A stretch of 64,000 bases of DNA. Origin: Octopus vulgaris (Eukaryota). Location: positions 152,272,001 through 152,336,000 of the forward strand of contig OX597815.1 of NCBI GenBank assembly GCA_951406725.2. The letters run 5' to 3'. The notes under the pieces were generated by a model. It was not told the DNA's origin. It did not search any database and worked only from the letters and a program-made list of their open reading frames with translations. This document shows, piece after piece, positions 1 to 11,970 of this stretch; position 1 is the stretch's first letter, and each line of letters begins with the position of its first letter. The position numbers were made by a program, and so were the translations under genes.

Positions 1-545
1 GTATAAACACCATCCTGAAGCTGTGACTGAAGGAGAAAATGTGTCGATTCTCTGGGGTTTCCCTATACATACCGACAAAGATATAAAAGCCAATAAACCA
101 TATATTATAAAAGATCAGACAAAAAAGGTGTGTTTATTAATTGACATGAGTATTCCTTGCAATCACAATATAGCAGCAAAAAAAATTTGACAAGATCAGT
201 AAATATAAAGACTTGCTAATAGAAATTGAAAAAACGTGGCATCTCAAGGCGACTACAGTAGCAGTGATTGTTGGATCTCTAGGAATGATAAAAAAAGGTA
301 CTGAAACCTATTTGAAAATGATACCAGGCTTACTATCCCTACAGGAAGTGCAAAAAATTGTGTTAACTGGAACGACTCATGTACTGAGAAGAGCATTCAT
401 GAATTTATTTATTTATGAATTTTTTTAATTACATATTTTACCTGTGAATTTGCATGTATAATCTGGGAATGCATACAATGAGCTTCTCTGCCCTAGGTGT
501 ACGGAAAACACTCAGCGAGAAATGGAAGAAAATTTGAAGAAAGAA
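1..545 (+). mobile_element. 3' end of an R4/Dong-like non-LTR retrotransposon (restriction-like endonuclease C-terminus), degenerate
   Basis: Across frameshifts it reads SILWGFPIHTD..KANKP..CLLIDMSIP..KISKYKDLLIEIEKTW..VIVGSLG..EVQKIVLTGTTHVLRR, matching the PD..D/ExK endonuclease end of R4/Dong ORFs. Followed by a short 3' UTR and (CAA)/(TAA)n. Confidence 0.75.
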
Positions 546-853
546 GGAAAGAAAACAACAACAACAACAATAATAATAATAATAATTCTTTTTTATTGGC
601 CACAAGGGCTGACACGCATGATTACATAAAGGGACAAAACAGGACGAAAGGTTACAAAGGTTTTGCCGTTTTTTGAAAAACATCGAGTAAAAACTGTATA
701 ACAATAATTATAAAACAATGAAAAACTCCCAAAAGGGGGAGACGTTTCGAAAGGTTCCTGGTGGAAAAAACCCTACAAAAGCCAACGGGAGCCTGGTCAA
801 AAAAGGGGTGTAGAGAGTCCCCTTTTTTCTCCTTTTACATTATCTTTTTGAAA

Positions 854-3800
854 TCACAGGCGAAACCTGAGAACTGGTCCATTTATACTGGCCAGTCTCG
901 CACAATTCACCCACCTTTCATAAAACTTGCTATCGGACAGCACTTTCCTCTCTAACCTCATCTTCCTTTTCAAGTGAAACTTGAAAAAGTTGATGAGGCC
1001 TTGACCAAAGAGGAAAGTGTCTGACTTTAGCCCTTTCAAACGAGTCCACCACACAACTTCTTTCGCCACAGCCACTAGGCATAAGAAAACGGCCTCGCCC
1101 TCCTTGTTAAAGGAGGTCGGCGGGGCAATCTTCACTGTGGATTCGGCCGATAGTCGGATCCGTCCTACACGTGACAGTAGCTGTTCGACATAAACCCATA
1201 TTTCAGCAATACTCGGGCACTGGACGAGTGCGTGCAGAACGGTTTCGTCGTCCTGGCAACACCTCGGGCAGGCCCGGCTGACGGCACTTCCGTGCCGGTA
1301 GAGTTTATCTCGAACAGGCAGAGCCCCTCGGTAGCACTGCCAGGCGAGCGACCTCTGGAAATTATCCATCGGCCCCGGCCCGAAAGTCCTCCCGAACAGA
1401 CTGCACAGTTCGTCGTCTTCAACGCCTAGAGTTTCCCCGAGAACGTCGTCGCATTTTTCCTCCACTAACCCTCTAAAGAACGCTAGAGTGGAGCTGTAAC
1501 CGATCGCATTGCCCGCCTGACGGAGGGCAGAGAGGGCTTGACGGCACTCGAGGTGCTAAGCGCCCTTTCTCGGTCTACGTTTGATCCAGGTCTGCAGCTC
1601 CGTCAAAGAGACGAGCTGCGGAAAATCGCGTCTGACAAAAGACGACCACACCTGTTCACCGTCTAGGAAGCGCTTGAGATGCCACAGCCTGAGCGCATGT
1701 CTGCGCAACAGCAACCACGGCATTCCAAGGCCTCCGTTCAGCGGTCGTTGACAGCAGATGGATCGCCTGACCAGTGGCACCTGACCCTTCCACAAAAAGT
1801 CGAAGAGCAGGCGTACCAGCTTGGCCAAACAGCGGTCGGGACAAGGGACGACGGTCAAGCGGTAATAGATGACGGATGCGATGTACGCATTCGCCACCTC
1901 CGCTCGACCTTTCAGGGACAGCTTCCTCTCGGCCCATTTCTGGGTGAGACGTGCCACCCTGCTCGTCACCTCTTCCCAGTTCTTATCCACCTGGAGGTCC
2001 GGACCGAACCAGACCCCGAGCAGTTTAACGGGTCCGTCTGTCCAGCGCCCTACGACGCTGTTGGACGGCATGGGCTTGCCTCTCCAGGTGCCCAGTTGCA
2101 AGCCCACAGACTTTTCCGCGTTAATCTTTGCCCCTGTCACCGCTTCGTACTGGTTTAGTGTCTCGCCAATAAGGCCAATGTGCCTGTGGCTCGACACCAC
2201 CACGGTGACGTCGTCGGCATAAGCAGACACGCTGTTTCCGCCTCCTAGATCGCGCGGGATACCCCTCAAAGCCTCCAACTTGCGCAGTAATGGCTCGAGA
2301 GTCAAAATGTACAAGAGGGAGGAGAGAGGGCATCCTTGGCGGACCGAACGCGAGATGTCGAACGGTTCCGAAAGGTGACCGTTCACCCGTATCACCGAGC
2401 AGATGTTGCTGTATAAAGCAGCTATCCACCCGCGGAAGACTGGACCGAAGCCGGCTGCCTTGAGGACAGCTGCCAGGTACCGATGGTCGACCCTATCGAA
2501 GGCTTTACTCTGATCCAAGTTGATCAAAGCCCCACCCGCGCCAGCGTCGTTACCCACCCTCTCTATGATGTAGCGCATGAGATGGAGGTTGTCGTGTATC
2601 GACCTGGTCGGCACGGCGCATGTCTGCGTCTCGCCGACCAGCTTGTCCGCGACAAGCGCCAATCTCTTGGTTAGCACCTTGGCCAAAATCTTCAACTCTG
2701 CATTGAGCAGAGTGATGGGCCGGAAATTCCCTATAACGTCCCCCTTGTTTGGGTCCTTCTTCAGCAAAGCCACCACCCCTCGACAGACAAAAGCAGGAAT
2801 TCTCCCGTTTTGCTGCCAGTTGCAGTAGACGTTTGCCAACAGGCCCGCAAACAAGTCTGGCATTGAAAAGTAAAGCTCGTAGGGCAGACCATCCAAACCC
2901 GGCGATCTACCTCTCGTGCAACTCTTCATCGCTTCCTGTACTTCCCAGGCAGATATCGGTCCTTCGCAGCACTCTGCCTCGCTGTCCGAGAGTTGCGGCA
3001 GTCCGTCCAGGTACACACCGAAGTCTGTACCGTTGGTGTCCGATCCACCGCTCGTCCCAAACAGCTGAGCAAAGTGCCGCTGAAGCACCGTACACATCTG
3101 CTTCGGTTCGGTAACCTCGCGCCCGTTCTGGTCCACCAAAGACCGAATGGTTGCTTTGTTGCCTCGCTTCGCCTCCGCCACGCGGGCCCATCGAGCGGCT
3201 CTAGTCCCCTCCCCGCTTAGCGAACGTGCCTTAGCTCTGACAACGCAGCCTTCGTGTTTGGCGTCGAAGTGTTGGTCGAGGGCCAACCTTGCCGCTAAAA
3301 CGTCGGTTGCGATGCCAGTGTCAAGAGCCTCGTCTAGTTTCTTGACTAAATCCCGCTCTCTCTTCCTACGTTCAATAGCTAGAGTCTTACTATACCTAAT
3401 CGACTCTACTCTAATTGCTCGCTTGAGGGCAAACCACCAATTGTTGTTGATGATTGCCCCCGTGAGCGCCCGCTTAACTAGTAAACTAATCCGGTCTCTG
3501 TAAGCTTTGCACGCCGTTAACGACGCGTTCAGCTTCCAGTAGCCGGGTCCCTGTCTATGTAGCCTATCTAAGTCGACCGTACAGATCACTAATTTGTGGT
3601 CCGTATATTCGACTAGGTGGAATTGTGGACACCCTATGCTCTCCTTATCCGCTGGCCTACAAAACACTCTATCTAAGTACGATCTAGACGACCCGATGCG
3701 GTTTGTCCAAGTCCACATTGGCACATTCGGGTTGTCTAGTCGAAACCTGTCGGACAGCTGAAAGTGGCCGAGTAGGTTGGCGAGGCTCTTGCACCCTACC

Positions 3801-4288
3801 CCTCTCCTATCAAACGCTCCCCTGCCCACCCGATCGAAACGTTCGTCTAAGACAGCGTTCCAATCCCCAACTAGCACTAGAGTGCGTGACGTTCCCAGGA
3901 AAACTTCCAGACGTTTGAAATAATCCGACTGCCCTGCTCCTGTCGGAGCGTAGGCAGCCAGCAGTCTGAAAGCACCGCCGTCACTACCGTCCACGTCGAG
4001 GACCACCAACTTACCTTCCGGATCCAAGAAGACTGTCCTTATTTTCATGTCCAGGCCCTTCCGAAACAACACCGCAGTACCACCACCGCCCGCTCCCGGC
4101 CGACACGGAGATAGAAATATCTCGTATCCGCCGAAAAGGGCTGCGAGTTCCTGCGGGTCGGAGAGCCTGGTTTCACTGATGGCTGCTACATCCACATCAT
4201 GAAACCTCAGGTCGTTTAACAGGTGACCCTGTTTCCAAGGTGACCCGAGGCCTCTCACATTCAAGCAACCGATTCTAAGATTTGCCAT
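854..4288 (-). pseudogene. Tx1-like ORF2 (APE endonuclease + reverse transcriptase + C-terminal zinc finger), 1144 codons with one in-frame stop
   Basis: APE motifs LNVRGL, SETRL, GDWN, YLDRVF, TDH. RT motifs SPGLDG, FRPITLLN, LDQSKAFDRV, VRQGCPLS, YADD. C-terminal CPRC..ETVLHALVQC. Track ORFs 1556-4288 and 854-1465 are in the same frame, separated by one TAG at 1556-1558. Confidence 0.92.
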
Positions 4289-4327
4289 GTTTCAAAAGTT
4301 AGGAAAAAAAAAGGGGGAAAAAAGGCT

Positions 4328-6148
4328 CTACTTACTGTTGTTGGTGGTGGAGGTGGCTCCCTTGTGCTTTTGCACGGGTTCTTCCACGATATTTTTATAT
4401 AGTTTCTTAGAGAAACTTTTCCCTAACGATCCCACATCGTTAGGGAAATTTTGTTTGATTTCATTATATATTTGTTTAATTTCGTTTTATGTTTTTGTGT
4501 TTATTTTTATTGTCAGAATGTGTGCTGGTGGTGTGTTTTGTGTTGGTATAACAACATCTGTTATACTTGTACTGTTTGTGTTTTTCAAATACTCAACCAG
4601 TTCCTGGTTTTTTGTATTTATTGCTGTAATTGTGTCTGTGTGGGTTTGTGTCTGTGGCAGTGGCAATGGCAGTAGTGGTGTCGAAAGTGTTGTTGTTGTT
4701 TGTTGTTGTGAATGTGTGTTGTCGTTGATGTTGTTGTTGATGTTTGGAAGCACTATTTGTTCGTGCTTCCCCTGTATATCTTTTTGTTTTCTCCTCCTTT
4801 TCTTTTTTGGAGGCACTGTGCTCCATTCTCCTTTGTTGGAATCAGAGCTCGCACAATCCGAGTACTCTTCATCCGGCAAAGGAATAGATGAGGGGTCTGC
4901 TTCAGCAGCAGGACGAAAAGTTGTTGCTTCCGCCGGTATCGGTGGTGCCGCTGCTCCAGTTGCTGTTGATGTTGCTGCTGTCGACCTTCTAGGTACTGGT
5001 GTTGGTTTGGTGGTGGTTGTTGTTGTTGGAGGTGGTGTCGTTCGTCTTGGTGCTGGTGATGGTGTTGGTGGTGTGGCAGCCTTTGGTGTTTCGTGTTGTT
5101 TCTGTTGTTGTTGTTGTTGCTGCCTCTTGCTGTATTCCTCCATTCTCTTTTTTTGAATGGGGCAGTCCCTCTTTAAGTGGCTTTCGCTGCTGCAGAGGAA
5201 ACATTTTGGCTTTCGCCCCTCTACAGTAACGTTTAGCCTGGTGCCGTCCGGCAAACTAACGAAATCTGGGACCTTGCTGATATTTTCTTGCTGAATCTGA
5301 GCAAGAAGCAGCACTCCCATCCCCAACCAGTTTTTCTCCATCACTCGCCTGACATCCAGAATGGTGGTAGTGTCCTCTATGTCATAGAGGACAGCTGCCA
5401 CCAGCCATGACATATCTAGTTCAGGCGGTACGAGGTCAATTTTTATTTTTGTCACTCTTGGCCCGAGGTGGGTTGGGACGAGTAACAAACTCTCAGTTTG
5501 CAAGGGCGAAATGGCGTTGGCCCTTGCTTGCTCCTCTGTTGGGAAGCGAACCTCCACGGTTCCGAAGCGCTTCCCCTTGGTTACGTAGCTCTTTTGGGCC
5601 CAAATGGGCTTTAGAGCTATCTCTAACTGTTGGGGTGTGGCATTTGTTATTCTTTTTAGTTTTCTATCGAAAACCCTGTATGTAATTGTTTTCCTGTTGG
5701 TGTTGTCAATTACTTCTTGTGGAGTATTGAGGAAGATGCTATTGCCATCCTTCCTCAATAATTCCTTCGCTTTTTTTATGTCTTGTAAAGTGATTTTAAC
5801 TTCGTCCGAAATTTGCTTCGCAGCAGAAGCAAAATCGTTGGAAGTTTGTTCATTTTTCTCTGTGTTCCTGTTTGTGTTTGTCATTGTAATAATTTTCCTT
5901 TCCTCCCCCTTCGGTACAACATCACATGTTGAAGACAGAGGAGGGAAATCGAGTGTGACGTCGAACGCGACGTCCTGGTTAGCATTCTCCTTTCGAACGG
6001 CGCGCGTGCTTTCCGTTTCGGAAGGAGGATCTCTGTTGCCTTTTACGGCTTGAAATGGGCGGTTCGTAACCTCTGACGAAATTTTTTCTTCTTGTGGAGG
6101 GGGTGGTGTTGCAAGGAGGGAAGAGCCAGCAGCTCTTTTTAAAGCCAT
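4328..6148 (-). pseudogene. Tx1-like ORF1 (gag-like, CCHC zinc knuckle), premature in-frame TAA at 4487
   Basis: CFLCSSESHLKRDC knuckle and a Q/T/P-rich linker. A 21-nt duplication relative to copy 2 contains the TAA; the shared native stop is at 4328-4330. Confidence 0.85.
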
Positions 6149-6658
6149 TTTGGAAATGTGTGTGTGCAAAATAATGTGAGTGTCAATGATATAAACAGCA
6201 ATTTTACCCCGAAAGGGGTAAAATTTTGCCTAGCCAACCAGCTCTGTAAAGAGTTAGTCGGCTTGGCCACACAAATATTAAAAAATATTAACACTTATCA
6301 ACAAATTTCCAATGAAATTTTCACAAAACTCACGGAGCTTCCGTAGACACGTCCATCAGCGTTGGAAGAAATAATAATAATAATAATCAATTCTTTTTTA
6401 TTGGCCACAAGGGCTGACACGCATGATTACATAAAGGGACAATACAGGACGAAAGGTTACAAAGGGTTTTGCCGTTTTTGAAAAACATCGAGTAAAAACT
6501 TTATAACAACAATTATAAAACAATGAAAAACTCCCAAAAGGGGGAGACGTTTCGAAAGGTTCCTGGTGGAAAAAACCCTACAAAAGCCAACGGGAGCCTG
6601 GTCAAAAAAGGGGTGTAGAGAGTCCCTTTTTTTCTCCTTTTGTATTACCTTTTTGAAA

Positions 6659-8227
6659 TCACAGGCGAAACCTGAGAACTGGTCCATTTATACTGGCCAG
6701 TCTCGCACAATTCACCCACCTTTCATAAAACTTGCTATCGGACAGCACTTTACTCTCTAACTTCATCTTCCTTTTCAACAGGCCCGCAAACAAGTCTGGC
6801 ATTGAAAAGTAAAGCTCGTAGGGCAGACCATCCAAACCCGGCGATCTACCTCTCGTGCAACTCTTCATCGCTTCCTGTACTTCCCAGGCAGATATCGGTC
6901 CTTCGCAGCACTCTGCCTCGCTGTCCGAGAGTTGCGGCAGTCCGTCCAGGTACACACCGAAGTCTGTACCGTTGGTGTCCGATCCACCGCTCGTCCCAAA
7001 CAGCTGAGCAAAGTGCCGCTGAAGCACCGTACACATCTGCTTCGGTTCGGTAACCTCGCGCCCGTTCTGGTCCACCAAAGACCGAATGGTTGCTTTGTTG
7101 CCTCGCTTCGCCTCCGCCACGCGGGCCCATCGAGCGGCTCTAGTCCCCTCCCCGCTTAGCGAACGTGCCTTAGCTCTGACAACGCAGCCTTCGTGTTTGG
7201 CGTCGAAGTGTTGGTCGAGGGCCAACCTTGCCGCTAAAACGTCGGTCGCGATGCCAGTGTCAAGAGCCTCGTCTAGTTTCTTAACTAAATCCCGCTCTCT
7301 CTTCCTACGTTCAATAGCTAGAGTCTTACTATACCTAATCGACTCTACTCTAATTGCTCTCTTGAGGGCAAACCACCAGTTGTTGTTGATGATTGCCCCC
7401 GTGAGCGCCCGCTTAACTAGTAAACTAATCCGGTCTCTGTAAGCTTTGCACGCCGTTAACGACGCGTTCAGCTTCCAGTAGCCGGGTCCCTGTCTATGTA
7501 GCCTATCTAAGTCGACCGTACAGATCACTAATTTGTGGTCCGTATATTCGACTAGGTGGAATTGTGGACACCCTACGCTGTCCTTATCCGCTGGCCTACA
7601 AAACACTCTATCTAAGTACGATCTAGACGACCCGATGCGGTTTGTCCAAGTCCACATTGGCACATTCGGGTTGTCTAGTCGAAACCTGTCGGACAGCTGA
7701 AAGCGGCCGAGTAGGTTGGCGAGGCTCTTGCACCCTACCCCTCTCCTATCAGACGCTCCCCTGCCCACCCGATCGAAACGTTCGTCTAAGACAGCGTTCC
7801 AATCCCCAACTAGCACTAGAGTGCGTGACGTTCCCAGGAAAACTTCCAGACGTTTGAAATAATCCGACTGCCCTACTCCTGTCGGAGCGTAGGCAGCCAG
7901 CAGTCTGAAAGCACCGCCGTCACTACCGTCCACGTCGAGGACCACCAACTTACCTTCCGGATCCAAGAAGACTGTCCTTATTTTCATGTCCAGGCCCTTC
8001 CGAAACAACACCGCAGTACCACCACCGCCCGCTCCCGGCCGACACGGAGATAGAAATATCTCGTATCCGCCGAAAAGGGCTGCGAGTTCCTGCGGGTCGG
8101 AGAGCCTGGTTTCACTGATGGCTGCTACATCCACATCATGAAACCTCAGGTCGTTTAACAGGTGACCCTGTTTCCAAGGTGACCCGAGGCCTCTCACATT
8201 CAAGCAACCGATTCTAAGATTTGCCAT
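6659..8227 (-). CDS. Deleted ORF2: open 522-aa frame with intact APE endonuclease fused to the ORF2 C-terminus, no RT
   Basis: Nearly identical to copy-1 ORF2 up to ..PDLFAGLL, then jumps in frame to KRKM..RFRL. 1144-622=522 codons. Confidence 0.8.
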   Translation of the reverse strand: MANLRIGCLNVRGLGSPWKQGHLLNDLRFHDVDVAAISETRLSDPQELAALFGGYEIFLSPCRPGAGGGGTAVLFRKGLDMKIRTVFLDPEGKLVVLDVDGSDGGAFRLLAAYAPTGVGQSDYFKRLEVFLGTSRTLVLVGDWNAVLDERFDRVGRGASDRRGVGCKSLANLLGRFQLSDRFRLDNPNVPMWTWTNRIGSSRSYLDRVFCRPADKDSVGCPQFHLVEYTDHKLVICTVDLDRLHRQGPGYWKLNASLTACKAYRDRISLLVKRALTGAIINNNWWFALKRAIRVESIRYSKTLAIERRKRERDLVKKLDEALDTGIATDVLAARLALDQHFDAKHEGCVVRAKARSLSGEGTRAARWARVAEAKRGNKATIRSLVDQNGREVTEPKQMCTVLQRHFAQLFGTSGGSDTNGTDFGVYLDGLPQLSDSEAECCEGPISAWEVQEAMKSCTRGRSPGLDGLPYELYFSMPDLFAGLLKRKMKLESKVLSDSKFYERWVNCARLASINGPVLRFRL

Positions 8228-8264
8228 GTTTCAAAAGTTAGGGAAAAAAAGGAGAAAAAAGGCT

Positions 8265-10071
8265 CTACTTACTGTTGTTGGTGGTGGGGGTGGCTCCCTT
8301 GTGCTTTTGCACGGGTTCTTCCACAATATTTTTATATAGTTTCTTAGAGAAACTTTTCCCTAACGATCCCACATCGTTAGGGAAATTTTGTTTGATTTCA
8401 TTATATATTGTTTTATTTATTTTTATTGTGAGAATGTGTGCTGGTGGTGTGTTTTTTGTTGGTATAACGAAATCCGTTATATTGGTGCTTGTTTTGTCTT
8501 TCAAATACTCAACCAGTTCTTGGTTTTTTGTATTTATTGCTGTAATTGTGTTTGTGTTTGTTTGTGTCTGTGGCAGTGGCAGTGGCAGTAGTAGTGTCGA
8601 AAGTGTTGTTTTTGTTTGTTGTTGTGAAAGTGTGTTGTCGTTGATGTTGTTGTTGATGTTTGGAAGCACTATTTGTTCGTGCTTCCCCTGTATATCTTTT
8701 TGTTTTCTCCTCCTTTTCTTTTTTGGAGGCACTGTGCTCCATTCTCCTTTGTTGGAATCAGAGCTCGCACAATCCGAGTACTCTTCATCCGGCAAAGGAA
8801 TAGATGAGGGGTCTGCTTCAGCAGCAGGACGAAAGGTTGTTGGTTCCGCCGGTATCGGTGGTGCCGCTGCTCCTGTTGCTGTTGATGTTGCTGCTGTCGA
8901 CTTTCTAGGTACTGGTGTTGGTTTGGTGGTGGTTGTTGTTGTTGGAGGTGGTGTTGTTCGTCTTGGTGCTGGTGATGGTGTTGGTGGTGTGGCAGCCTTT
9001 GGTGTTTCGTGTTGTTGTTGTTTCTGTTGTTGTTGTTGTTGTTGTTGCTGCCTCTTGCTATATGCCTCCATTCTCTTTTTTTGAATGGAGCAGTCCCTCT
9101 TTAAGTGGCTTTCGCTGCTGCAGAGGAAACATTTTGGCTTTCGCCCCTCTACAGCAACGTTTAGCCTGGTGCCGTCCGGCAAACTAACGAAATCTGGGAC
9201 CTTGCTCATATTTTCTTGCTGAATTTGAGCAAGAAGCAGCACTCACATCCCCAACCAGTTTTTCTCCCTCACTCTCCTGACATCCAGAATGGTAATAGTG
9301 TCCTCTATATCATAGAGGACAGCTGCCACCAGCCATGACATATCTAGTTCAGGGGGAGGCAAGGTCAATCTTTATTTTTGTCACTCTTGGCCCGAGGTGG
9401 GTTGGGACGAGTAACAAACTCTCAGTTTGCAAGGGCGAAATGGCGTTGGCCCTTGCTTGCTCCTCTGTTGGGAAGCGAACCTCCACGGTTCCGAAACGCT
9501 TCCCCTTGGTTACGTAGCTCTTTTGGGCCCAAATGGGCTTTAGAGCTATCTCTAACTGTTGGGGTGTGGCATTTGTCATTTTTTTCAGTTTCCTATCGAA
9601 AACTCTGTATGTGATTGTTTTTTTGTTTGTGTCTTCAATCACCTCTTGTGGAGTATTGAGGAAGATGCTGTTGCCATCCTTCCTCAACAACTCCTTCGCT
9701 TTTTTGATTTCTTCTAAAGTGATCTTTACTTCCTCCGAAATTTGCTTCGCAGCAGAAGCAAAATCGCTGGAAGTTTTTTCACTAAGATTACTTTTTCTGT
9801 TTGTGTCAATTGAATGCATATTTTTCTTTTCCTCCCCCTTCAGTACAACAACACTTGTTGAAGGCAGAGGGGGAAAATCAGGAGTGACGTCGAACGCGAC
9901 GTCCTGCTTTGCATTCTCCTTTCGAACGGCGCGCCTGCTTTCCGTTTCGGAAGGAGGAGCTCTGTTGCCTTTTACGGCGCGAAGTGGGTGTTTTTTTGGT
10001 GATAACGTGTGTGTTTGCGGAGGGAATGTATTTGGAAGGAAGGAACAGCTAACTGCTCGCTTCATAGCCAT
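8265..10071 (-). pseudogene. Tx1-like ORF1 of copy 2, +1 frameshift near 9350-9360
   Basis: Track ORFs 9349-10071 and 8265-9242 align to copy-1 ORF1. TTCAGGGGGAGGCAAGGTC is 1 nt longer than TTCAGGCGGTACGAGGTC in copy 1. Confidence 0.85.
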
Positions 10072-10291
10072 TTTTTTGTTTAAAAGTTTGTTATTTTGAC
10101 AAAGTTCAAAAGTTCAAAATGCAATTTCACCCCCAATGGGGCAAAACCTTGCCCAACCAACCAGCTCCGCAAAGTGTCGGTCGGCTCGGCCACACAAATA
10201 TTAAAAAATATTACAACTTACAAACAAATTTCCAATGAAATTGTTACAAATTTCACGGAGCCTCCGTAGACATGCCCATCAGCGTTGGAAG

Positions 10292-10292
<1 letters not shown>

Positions 10293-10350
<58 letters not shown>
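10293..10350. repeat. (AAT)n microsatellite
   Basis: About 19 perfect AAT units adjoining the 5' end of Tx1 copy 2. Confidence 0.98.
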
Positions 10351-10353
<3 letters not shown>

Positions 10354-10470
10354 GAAAAATTTAAACAAGAAATGAACAAAAAAAAGAAGAAAAAGCATGG
10401 AAAGAAAAGAAAATGTATGATCAGTTTGCAAAGGATGTGAATACCAAGATAGATACAGAGGACTGGTAAA
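10351..10470 (+). mobile_element. Short R4/Dong-like ORF remnant
   Basis: EKAWKEKKMYDQFAKDVNTKIDTEDW resembles the W.EK.MHGQF....D...W segment upstream of the CCHC/endonuclease region in R4-clade ORFs. Lies between two TAA tracts. Confidence 0.5.
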
Positions 10471-10904
10471 ATAATAAAAGAATATTGATGATAATAATAA
10501 TAATAATTCCTTGGCCTTTCACTAATGTCTGTATGATTTTGATACCTGTTTTTGCTATCTTAAATGCACCAAACCTTTTAAGTTTGTTTATTTTGACAGT
10601 TATATACATAGACACATATTCGTTATATTAAAATTTATGAAATTTTGTTTTCCATTTGCAGGAAATGTAAGAAAATGGTGGAGGAATCACAAATGAGAGC
10701 AAAGCATTTTCATTTTATTACATCTACAAAATCAATTAGAAAAATTTAAACAAAAAAGAAAAACCAACTCTCTTACTGTAAAAAAAAATACAGTTGAAAT
10801 TAAATATTTGTAACAGAAAATATTATTTCGATAAAGAAATTTTTTTTATATTTCTTCTTCATTGTTTTTTTAAAATTTCTTTTTAAATGGTCAACCCAGA
10901 CATC

Positions 10905-11305
10905 TCCTCTTTTACTTGTTCCAGTCATTTGGCTGTGGCCATGCTGGTGCATCGCCTTTAGTTAGGCAAATCGACCCCAGGACTTATTTTTTGTAAGCCT
11001 GGTACTTACTCTATCAATCCCTTTTGCTGAACTGCTAAGTTACAGCGACGTAAACACACCAGCATCGGTTGTCAAGCAATGTTGACACACAAACATACAT
11101 ACACACAAACACACACACACACACATATATATATACATATATACGATGGGCTTCTTTCAGTTTCTGTCTACCAAATCCCCTCACAAGGCTTTGGTTGGCC
11201 TGAGGCCATAGTAGAAGACACTTGCCCAAGGTGCTACGCAGTGGGACTGAGTTCGGAACCATGTGGTTGGTAAGCAAGCTACTTACCACACACCCACTCC
11301 TGTAC
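10905..11305 (-). mobile_element. tRNA-derived CORE-type SINE (octopus OR2-like)
   Basis: tRNA-like head (GTGTGGTAAG..CAGTCCC) followed by CORE-like ACCTTGGGCAAGTGTCTT and an internal (CA)/(TA) tract. Paralogous to 13968-14130 and 14581-14925. Confidence 0.7.
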
Positions 11306-11459
11306 CTCACCACTATTTTTATCTCTTCCCAGATCATACCATGCAGTTTTTCTGCAGAAAGGAAGATTTTCTACCTTAGGCTCTTCTCTCATACTTTAAC
11401 CCCTCGGATCCAAGCATAAAGCTCTATCACTCATAGGTTTCTTAGTGGTGCAAACTGCC

Positions 11460-11690
11460 TGGCAACTTCACTAGTGCTGATGGCATGAAAAAACAAAGTA
11501 CCCAATACAAGTTGTCTTGTGGTTTGTGTTAAAAAGGGTATCTGGCCATGGAAACTAGGCTAAAGTAGACAGTGGAGCATGATGTAGTCCTTGGAACCAT
11601 CAGAGCCTGTCAAACCATTCAACCAGCATGGAACATGAATTTTAAACGATGGTGATGATGATGATGATGATGATGATGACGATGATGACA
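11460..11690 (+). mobile_element. RTE 3'-tail fragment ending in (GAT)n
   Basis: Diverged match to the RTE 3' end at 28950-29113. Similar tails occur at ~12115-12275, 12310-12490, 19995-20145, 20560-20740 and 33610-33728. Confidence 0.7.
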
Positions 11691-11691
11691 A

Positions 11692-11970
11692 GGATTCCTG
11701 AGAAGGATGTTAAAGAGATTAGTCAGTACCAACTAATGCAACACTTCAACATTGGTGGGAAGGTTTTGAATTAGAATGAAGGATGAAGAATATTATTGTG
11801 AAGAACAGGTTTGTTGATACATCTATATAAAAAATTGGGGTTCTTGAAATTTTAGGAAGCATTGAGCTTGTACTGAGGGTTTGGCAGTCCATTCAATGGT
11901 GTAAAAAGAACAAGGGATACGTTGTTGTCATCTGGTTAGAGTTAGCTAATATCTAGGGGTCAATTTCCCA
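11692..11970 (+). mobile_element. Degenerate RT fragment of an R2-group (HERO-like) non-LTR element
   Basis: Reads KDVKEISQ..FNIGGKV..NRFVDTSI*K..VWQSIQ..VVVIWLELANI*GSISH, similar to the PISLLN.EGK / IDTSVQK / WLDLANAYGSVPH motifs. Confidence 0.55.

Larger units (their letters stand above)
588..6368 (-). mobile_element. Near full-length Tx1/L1-clade non-LTR retrotransposon, copy 1
   Basis: 5' UTR, ORF1 with CCHC knuckle, ORF2 (APE-RT-zinc finger) and 3' UTR ending AATAAAAAAG. Flanked on both sides by (AAT)n. Both ends match copy 2. Confidence 0.93.
6393..10291 (-). mobile_element. Tx1/L1-clade retrotransposon, copy 2, internally deleted
   Basis: Same termini as copy 1, separated from it only by ~24 nt of (AAT)n. 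Lacks the equivalent of copy-1 positions 974-2839. Confidence 0.93.

Noticed and set aside
4287-9084. Hydrophobic plus-strand ORFs of 289 and 269 aa
   Set aside because: Antisense shadows of the low-complexity part of Tx1 ORF1.
11230-11305. tRNA-like sequence
   Set aside because: SINE head attached to a CORE-like domain; no complete cloverleaf.
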